Shown here: positions 57,458 to 64,000 of the stretch, one piece after another | Position numbering within the stretch: position 1 is the stretch's first letter | How the letters are laid out: each line of letters starts with the position of its first letter | The notes under the pieces: generated by a model | Database searches by the model: none | Seen by the model: the letters and a program-made list of their open reading frames with translations, nothing else | What the model was told of the DNA's origin: nothing | Assembly (NCBI GenBank): GCA_965237415.1 | Contig: CBDEFM010000002.1 | Span: 3,040,001 to 3,104,000 of the forward strand | Length of the DNA stretch: 64,000 nt | Reading direction: 5' to 3' | Source: Alphaproteobacteria bacterium | Lineage (GTDB): Bacteria > Pseudomonadota > Alphaproteobacteria > UBA828 | Translations under genes and position numbers: made by a program

Positions 57458-59431
57458 CTAGTCCTGATCCGCGCCGAACGCGCCGACGACGGCCGTTGCG
57501 GGCATTCCATCGTCGTCTGCCACAGCATCAGCATCGGCTGTCTCGGCCCAGAACCGCCCGGCCACACCGCTCGGAGCGAGCGCACCGTCAGTGTTGCTGC
57601 TCGGCCCGAAGAGCTGGCCGTTCCAGCTACCGTCCCACGACACGCCGTCCGCCGAGCCAGTGGTACCGGTTGCCCCAATGAGTCCATCCATGGTCTCACC
57701 GAAGTCGAATGCTCCCAACAGGACGACCCAGTCGTTCTCGCCGGCCGACGGATCGTTGGGCGAGGCCTGCGTATCGTCCCCCAGGAACACGCCATCGGTG
57801 CCCCGGAAGTTGTCGATGCGACCGGAGATCATGTAGTCGGTCGCATCCTCCACGCCGTCCATATCCGCGTCGAAGGCGGCGGTCAGCATCGCGCGGGCGG
57901 TGAACAGGCCGGAGTCGGCGCCGTCCACGTAGATGCCGGTCGCCCCGCCGCTGTAGGTCGCCGAGCCGCGCAGGCCGGCGGCGTTGTTGGCGGTGAGGGC
58001 GTCAGTTGCAGGCGCCCAGGGGTCCATACCGTTGAAGAACACGCCCATCCTGTGCGTCCCGCCAGGATCGTCAGGCGTGGTCAGCCAGGCGCCGTAGGCC
58101 ATCCAGTCCTGATCCGGGACCGTGATCATGGCGCCGGGATCGGGGGTGAACGACCACCTTCCGGTGGAAGCAGTCATGGTCGGGTCGGCGCTGGTGTTAT
58201 TAACCCCGACTGTGCCATCGTCGTTCCTCACTAGGCCACAACCTGCAGTATCAACCGTCGCCACCCCGATGCACTGAAACTGGCCCGGAGCGCCGAAGTA
58301 CGATCCCGTGAATGTTTCGCTCTCATTGACGCTGAGATCCTGATCCTGGGCCCCGACCAGGGAATCGCTGTCGAAGACCATGGCCGCCCACTGCACGGAA
58401 TCCGCCGCCAGAAGTTCAGCGCCACCGTCTGGTGTAAAAGCATCAGCACCAATGTACACCGATGTACCCAGCGTAGTAACACCGGGATTACTCCCATCGG
58501 CCCGCATGGCCAACGCGAACATGGCCTTCGCGGCATCGTTCACGTACTTACCGGACAGCTTGCGGTCGAAGGGATACGGCGTGCCTTCGCCCAGGTTCTT
58601 GACGACGATGGCGCCCGTCTCGAAGCCGCCGTCGCCCGTGTCGCCTGCCGTGTCGCCCCAATCCCGGTGCAGCGTCTTCATGCCCCAGTCGGTGGGCGCC
58701 ATTGCCATGTCGTCGCTCGCGGGGATTCCGTCTCCGTCCGGCCTCATGGCCCCGGAAATCGTCGAGCCCATCGTGAGGGTTGGCGAAAGCCCTGGCGCTG
58801 CTGCCGCGTTGCCTGGGGCGTCGCCAAAGTCTGCCCCATTCGGATCGAATATGCTCCGCAGCGCGGCCATGCTCGCATCGAGAGCGCCGGGGCCACCGAT
58901 GCCCATCCCGATGAGTTCGGTGGGATCGAGGTCGGGCGGCGTGGTGGTTCCGTCCTGCGCGCCCACGTCGTTGCGAATGGATTCAATACTCCCGTCATTA
59001 AACTCCGCGAACGTATCCATCGGCCCGGGCGGAACCATGGCCGTGGCCATCGGGTCGCCGGCGTCCGCGAGCTTCTGCGTGCTCACACTCGCGACGATCG
59101 TGTCGAGGTTGTTGGTGAGCGTGAACGTGCAGGGATAGGCGCTGTCACAGCTGAACACCACGTCGGCGCGCGTCGCCATCCCGCCGGCCGCAACAGTCAA
59201 CGTGTCGGAGTCACCGGGATTCGGCAGCACCGCCACGAGAGCGGCCTGCTCCGCAGCCCCCAACGCCACATCCATCGTGACGTCGACGGACATGCCCTCC
59301 ATCGGCTCGGGCACTTCCGTCCCGGTTTGCGTGCTGTCGTCGCCATTGTGGACGCAGCCGTACATGACGGCCGAGAGTGCGACGATCGAGCACGCCGCCA
59401 GCATACTGCGAGTCAGCTTCGTCTTCTTCAT
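57458..59431 (-). CDS. Acidic surface lipoprotein with TbpB-like C-terminal beta-barrel
   Basis: Signal MKKTKLTRSMLAACSIVALSAVMYGC; GSATYSGGATG, FTARAMLTAAF, ISGRIDNF, PSGVAGRF, VVGAFGA. Confidence 0.82.
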   Translation of the reverse strand: MKKTKLTRSMLAACSIVALSAVMYGCVHNGDDSTQTGTEVPEPMEGMSVDVTMDVALGAAEQAALVAVLPNPGDSDTLTVAAGGMATRADVVFSCDSAYPCTFTLTNNLDTIVASVSTQKLADAGDPMATAMVPPGPMDTFAEFNDGSIESIRNDVGAQDGTTTPPDLDPTELIGMGIGGPGALDASMAALRSIFDPNGADFGDAPGNAAAAPGLSPTLTMGSTISGAMRPDGDGIPASDDMAMAPTDWGMKTLHRDWGDTAGDTGDGGFETGAIVVKNLGEGTPYPFDRKLSGKYVNDAAKAMFALAMRADGSNPGVTTLGTSVYIGADAFTPDGGAELLAADSVQWAAMVFDSDSLVGAQDQDLSVNESETFTGSYFGAPGQFQCIGVATVDTAGCGLVRNDDGTVGVNNTSADPTMTASTGRWSFTPDPGAMITVPDQDWMAYGAWLTTPDDPGGTHRMGVFFNGMDPWAPATDALTANNAAGLRGSATYSGGATGIYVDGADSGLFTARAMLTAAFDADMDGVEDATDYMISGRIDNFRGTDGVFLGDDTQASPNDPSAGENDWVVLLGAFDFGETMDGLIGATGTTGSADGVSWDGSWNGQLFGPSSNTDGALAPSGVAGRFWAETADADAVADDDGMPATAVVGAFGADQD

Positions 59432-59465
59432 GGCTCGAGGCTCTCCTCAGTTTGAAGAGGCCTCG
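59337..59465. repeat. Inverted repeat copy 1 (RBS plus signal peptide of lipoprotein)
   Basis: Reverse complement of 63395-63523, 4 mismatches in 129 bp. Confidence 0.9.
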
Positions 59466-60122
59466 ATGGGAGGCCTCGCATTGTTGAACTCCAACTGCCA
59501 GCGTACATAACGACTCAGGCAATGTCCATAGCTTCGCACATCAACACAGTACCTCCAAGAAGTCCTTCCCAGAGATACCCCGAACCATAGCGGGCAGTCT
59601 CCGCATCCCGCCATGCCGGGAAACCATGGAACCCACCAAAGGCCGTCCAGGGTCTCCGCCCCGTGTCGCCGCAGCCTCCATGCACATCCTCACGGCATCC
59701 TCCTTGCCGTCCAGCGTGCCGTCAAGCAAGCACGCCACAAGCAAGCCGCCAATGCAAGCCCAAAAAATCAAGGCCCTCCGAAAATTTGCCGCAACGAAAT
59801 CCCTCGTACACCGCCGGTCGAAGCACGTCGCGCCGCATAACCCGGAGCCGGTTGCCCGGCGGGTCCATGTGCTCGTCCAATCCGGGTGTCCCCGCAAGAC
59901 CCTAAGGTGTCGATCGGCGCCGGAGGCGATCCACTGCATCGCGGGTGGTCGAGCACCCAGGCCCTGCCGCGCTGGATGGCGATGACCCGGTGCTCAGGAG
60001 CGATCCCGCCAAACCGACCGTCTCGACCGCACCCGCCGGCTACTGCTCCGGGCCGCTGGTGTCTCCTTAACATATAGCGCAGTGCTTGCCGCCCCATGAT
60101 GCGCCGCTCCACCGCCCGGCCC

Positions 60123-61382
60123 TCACAGCCCTCGGCCCGGAGAGACGGCATCGGACCCGATCGGCGCCGGGGCGGCATCCAGCCCGAAGTCCGCAGGCAG
60201 GATATCCTCTCCGATGCTGGCGGCGACACGGGCCGCCGACGCCTTGACCGAGTCCCGCGCCAGATGTGCATAGCGCGCCGTGGTCTGAACCTGGGCGTGC
60301 CCCAACAGTCTGGCAATCACCGGAAGGCTCTCACCGAGCGCCAGCGCACGGCTGGCGAAGCTATGTCGTAAGTCGTGAATGCGCACACCCTCAAGACCCG
60401 CTCGCGTCCGCACTCGGCACCAGTGCTTGAAGATGTCCGACAGCCGCGCGCCAGGCTTGCGGCCGGGGACGACCCAGGGATTGCCGGCAACGCGCGGCAG
60501 TGCCGCCAGAACCTCCGCCGCCGCCGGCGACAGGGAAACCACTCGAGGACCCGTCTTGCTGTCTGGCAACCGAAGCTCCTTCGCCTCCAGGTCCACGTCC
60601 TCCCAACGCAGGGTCAGGATCTCGTTGCGGCGGCACCCCGTCAGCATCAGCAGACGCAGCGCCGCCACCGCGTGCACCGGCACCCGCCTCTCCGCCTCCA
60701 GCTCCCTCAGCACACGACCGAGGCGGCGGAACTCGGCGTCCGTCAGGAACCGCTCCCGCCGGCCCATCCGATACTTCCGCACATGCCGGCACGGGTTGCT
60801 CCCCGCCGGCGCCACTCCCCAGGCCGCCGCCTCCTCGATCAGCCGCGACAGGGTTGCCACTACCAGGTTCGCCGTAGACGGCCGGTCGCGCAGCCCGTAG
60901 TGCAGGTCGGCAACATGCGTCCGCCCGACCGCCGTGATCGGCAGCTCTCCCAGCACCGGCACGATGTGCTTGTCGACTGCCAACCGGTACTCGGCCACCG
61001 TCCCGGGCTTGCAGCGCACCGCCACATGCTCTCGCAGATAGCGCGCCGCGATGGCGGCCACCGTCGGCTCGCCCCCCGGCGTCGGCGCCATCGGCTCGGG
61101 GACAGGCTCCTCGCCCGCCTTGATGCGGGCGATAATCAGTGCCGCACGGCGGCGCGCCTCATCGGCGGCGATCACCCAGTGACGACCCAACGTCAGGCGT
61201 TTAGAACCATCCGGCCCTCTCGTTTGCACCACGTAATACTTGGACCCCGACGGATAGACCCGCACTCCGAAGCCGGGCAGCTCGGTGTCCCAGAACACCG
61301 TATCCTTCACCACCGACAGCGCCTCCACCGTGCGCTGCGTGATCGATCGTTCTTGCAGCCCCGCCATCCCGACCGGCCTCAT
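60123..61382 (-). CDS. Tyrosine integrase with arm-binding domain
   Basis: [48 protein letters not shown]...TTARY. Confidence 0.92.
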   Translation of the reverse strand: MRPVGMAGLQERSITQRTVEALSVVKDTVFWDTELPGFGVRVYPSGSKYYVVQTRGPDGSKRLTLGRHWVIAADEARRRAALIIARIKAGEEPVPEPMAPTPGGEPTVAAIAARYLREHVAVRCKPGTVAEYRLAVDKHIVPVLGELPITAVGRTHVADLHYGLRDRPSTANLVVATLSRLIEEAAAWGVAPAGSNPCRHVRKYRMGRRERFLTDAEFRRLGRVLRELEAERRVPVHAVAALRLLMLTGCRRNEILTLRWEDVDLEAKELRLPDSKTGPRVVSLSPAAAEVLAALPRVAGNPWVVPGRKPGARLSDIFKHWCRVRTRAGLEGVRIHDLRHSFASRALALGESLPVIARLLGHAQVQTTARYAHLARDSVKASAARVAASIGEDILPADFGLDAAPAPIGSDAVSPGRGL

Positions 61383-62560
61383 GCCGTGCCCGTCGCCGCC
61401 ATGATGTCAGCGCCGATGCTGGCGCCGACCCTGGCCGCCGAAGCCTTCTCCGTATCCCGCGCCAGATGGGCGTAGCGCGCCGTGCTCTCCAGGCCCGCAT
61501 GGCCAAGCAGCCCGCCGATCATGCTCAGGCTCTCGCCCAGCGCCAGCGCCCGGCTGGCGTAGCTGTGCCGCAAGTCGTGGATGCGCATATCTTCCAGCCC
61601 GACCAGCGCCCGAAGCCGATACCAATCCCGGGTCAGGCTCGTCAGACGGACCCCTGGCTCCTTGCCCACGATCACCCAGGGATTGCCCGGAACGCGGACG
61701 ATTCCCGCCAGCACCCTCTCCGCCGTCGGCGTCAGCGCCACCATGCGCGCCCCGGTCTTGCCGGCGCGCAGGCGGAACTCCCCCGCCGTCCGGTCCACAT
61801 CGTCCCAACGCAGGGTCAGTATCTCGGTGAGCCGGCACCCGGTCAGCATCAGCAAACGGAGCGCCGCCACCGCGCAGGGCGAGACCGAGCCCGTCGCTTC
61901 CGCCTCGGTAAGCGCCCGGCCCAGGCGGCGATACTCTTCCACCGTCAGGAAGCGTCCGCGCTTGCGCTCCTTGTATTTGCGCACCGAGCGGCAGGGGTTG
62001 CCCCCCTCCGGCGCCAAGCCCCAGACCCCGGCCAGGGAGAACATCTTGGTCAGAATCATGAGCACCCGGTTGGCGGCGCGGGGGGTGTCGCGAAGTCCGT
62101 AATGCAGCACCGACACATGCCCGCCGTCAACCGCGCCTATCGGCATCGCGCCGAGGGCCGGCAGGATGTGGTTCTCGAGTGAGCCACGATAGATGCCGGC
62201 GGTGTGGGCGTTGCAGTTCAGTGCCACATGGCCGCTCATGTAGCGCTCGGCGAGATCGGCGACAGTTATCTCAGGCGGGGGCGGCGGGTTCATGGGGTCC
62301 TCGCCGCTCTTGATGCGGTCGATAACGGTGGCCGCAGTCTCGCGGGCCTGGTCGGGGGTCATCTCGCCATGGCGGCCGAGGGTGACACGCTTGGGCGCGC
62401 CCCGCGCTCTGCATTGGACGACGTAGACCTTTCGTCCCGAAGGGTAGATCCGCACGCCGAAGCCGGGGAGGTCACGATCCCAGAAGACAGTGTCCCTGGT
62501 CTCGGCGGAAAGCGCGTCGACAGTGGGCCCGCAGATGGAGAGGTCGGTTCGTTTGGGCAT
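61379..62560 (-). CDS. Tyrosine integrase with arm-binding domain (tandem paralogue)
   Basis: FWDRDLPGFGVRIYPSG, TGCRLTEI, GKTG, HDLRHSYAS, LLGH...STARY; ATGA-coupled to the next integrase. Confidence 0.92.
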   Translation of the reverse strand: MPKRTDLSICGPTVDALSAETRDTVFWDRDLPGFGVRIYPSGRKVYVVQCRARGAPKRVTLGRHGEMTPDQARETAATVIDRIKSGEDPMNPPPPPEITVADLAERYMSGHVALNCNAHTAGIYRGSLENHILPALGAMPIGAVDGGHVSVLHYGLRDTPRAANRVLMILTKMFSLAGVWGLAPEGGNPCRSVRKYKERKRGRFLTVEEYRRLGRALTEAEATGSVSPCAVAALRLLMLTGCRLTEILTLRWDDVDRTAGEFRLRAGKTGARMVALTPTAERVLAGIVRVPGNPWVIVGKEPGVRLTSLTRDWYRLRALVGLEDMRIHDLRHSYASRALALGESLSMIGGLLGHAGLESTARYAHLARDTEKASAARVGASIGADIMAATGTA

Positions 62561-63394
62561 GACGTGCTGGCCTCGGCATTGTGGCGATGCGGATCGGATT
62601 GCGCGCATGGCTCGGGAGCGCGGCGCCGGTCTCGGAACCGTTCTCCCAGTCTTCGACGGTCTCGAACAAATCGGTTAGTGCCTCAAGGGCAACACGGAAA
62701 ATGCTAATTCGAAGAAAATGTATGTCCTAGCGGCATAGGGTCGAGGGCGCGCGGTCCATGGGGAATCCGAGCCGGCCGCCCGCAACCGGGCGCGAAAAGG
62801 CGCCGCCGGAATGGCCGACGGCGCCTGTTATCCAGTTGCACCTTGTGGTCGTAACTGAAAGAGATCGCCCCGAAAAGATCGTCTTGCGCACCGTGTTGGG
62901 CGGCACTTTCACCCTCCGAACAGTCTCCTTGAGCGGAAGATCTATGTAAGCAATGCCGACAGATCCGCGCGATCGTTTCCGCAACCGATATCTCCCCCGC
63001 ACCTCATCCGGCCAGATAACGAGGTGAGTTCAGGTTCACAGAGTCGGTTGTGAATCGGCGCGCGGATTCGACGCCGATCAGCGCACTAAAGTTAATTTCT
63101 CATAAGTTACAGGGGTCGAGATTGCATGCCGAACCACAGCTGGTGAGGTTGGCACGCCTGGGCATGGAGGCGTCGCGGCTGGTCGGATCCTCCAGACGGT
63201 TCACTGAGCAGTACCGTCATCATTATGCAAGCGACCGTCATCATATTCGAGCGCGTTCAAGGTTGTGATAGTTGGGTATTCGATATCCGGGCTGCTGGCG
63301 AGGGGGGTGAAAATGCGCAGCAAATACCCATAGTTATCGTATTCCGGCGCACGCCTGTCTGGAGTTGGCGCAATAGCGCTACACGTCGGTTGGG

Positions 63395-63523
63395 CGAGGC
63401 CTCTTCAAACTGAGGAGAGCCTCGAGCCATGAAGAAGACGAAGCTGACTCGCAGTTTGCTGGCGGCGTGCTCGATCGTCGCCCTCTCGGCCGTCATGTAC
63501 GGCTGCGTCCACGATGGAGACGA
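63395..63523. repeat. Inverted repeat copy 2
   Basis: Partner of 59337-59465. Confidence 0.9.
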
Positions 63524-64000
63524 TCCGGCGCCGGCGACTGACATGGGCATGGAAATGCCGACGACTCCTGAGGCTCTTGCTTGCGACGCGGGGGCGTCCC
63601 AGGCATGTGTGGACGCCCGCCAGGCGGAGCTTGACGCCATCGAGGCCGATGACGATGCCACCGTGGGCGAGCTCAATGCGGCCGAACTGGCCCTTACCGA
63701 TGCGCAGACCGCGCTTGCCGACGCCAACACGGCGGCGGCGGAAGAGATGACGGTCTCGGGTCTTATCGACGACGCCATGACGGCCATTGCCGACATCGAC
63801 GATGAGTCCACACCCGCGGCGGTCGCCACGGGCCGGGCTGCCATCGATGCGGCGCAAGACTCGCTGGACGGGATGGAGAACCTGTCCGCCGACGCTACGG
63901 CGGCCCTCCAGGGCCGGATCGACGCCCTCGAGAGCAGCTTCGCGCCGAATGAAATGGCGGTGGCGATCTCGGCCGCGACCGCGGCGGCGGGCACGAAGTC
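63429..64000 (+). CDS. Lipoprotein (partial, runs off the window) with a signal nearly identical to 57458-59431
   Basis: Not in the ORF track; GAGGAG RBS, MKKTKLTRSLLAACSIVALSAVMYGCVHDGDD, then an Ala/Asp/Glu-rich helical region open to the edge. Confidence 0.85.
   Translation, partial: MKKTKLTRSLLAACSIVALSAVMYGCVHDGDDPAPATDMGMEMPTTPEALACDAGASQACVDARQAELDAIEADDDATVGELNAAELALTDAQTALADANTAAAEEMTVSGLIDDAMTAIADIDDESTPAAVATGRAAIDAAQDSLDGMENLSADATAALQGRIDALESSFAPNEMAVAISAATAAAGTK

Noticed and set aside
59541-60077. Short ORFs between the lipoprotein and the integrases
   Set aside because: No recognisable motifs, RBS or coding-like composition
63150-63165. Sigma-54 promoter-like TGGCACG
   Set aside because: The GC element is one base off the required -24/-12 spacing and lacks TTGC
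63257-63994. 245-aa minus-strand Ala/Ser-rich ORF
   Set aside because: Antisense shadow of the plus-strand lipoprotein starting at 63429

Overview
GC-rich, heavily rearranged accessory region. Gene content suggests an alphaproteobacterium, possibly a marine or host-associated one (inference only). From left to right: (1) a Hachiman-like nuclease plus Ski2-type helicase defence pair (620-4712); (2) IS256, IS110 and integrase debris; (3) an intact catabolic cluster (about 9-23 kb) with an amide/urea-type ABC importer, N,N-dimethylformamidase small and large subunits, a degenerate Rieske-oxygenase-like protein, a Sel1 protein and a TPR/2OG-Fe(II) oxygenase; (4) nested mobile elements (IstB relic < IS66 < group II intron < RIT trio with 102-bp inverted ends); (5) an intact IS66-family element with 24-bp IRs and an 8-bp TSD, carrying a coiled-coil-extended transposase and a DUF4338/DruA-like gene; (6) IS21/IS3/IS256/IS1634 relics, a serine recombinase plus two ParB/RepB-like genes with a catalytically altered resolvase paralogue, a PIN/RHH toxin-antitoxin pair and an internally deleted extra rpoD; (7) a Slam-type outer-membrane exporter with TbpB-like surface lipoproteins. 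Two divergent lipoprotein genes share a 129-bp near-identical inverted 5' end and enclose a tandem pair of tyrosine recombinases, a candidate invertible expression switch. I found no rRNA, tRNA or CRISPR array. All family assignments come from motif recognition by eye, not database searches.
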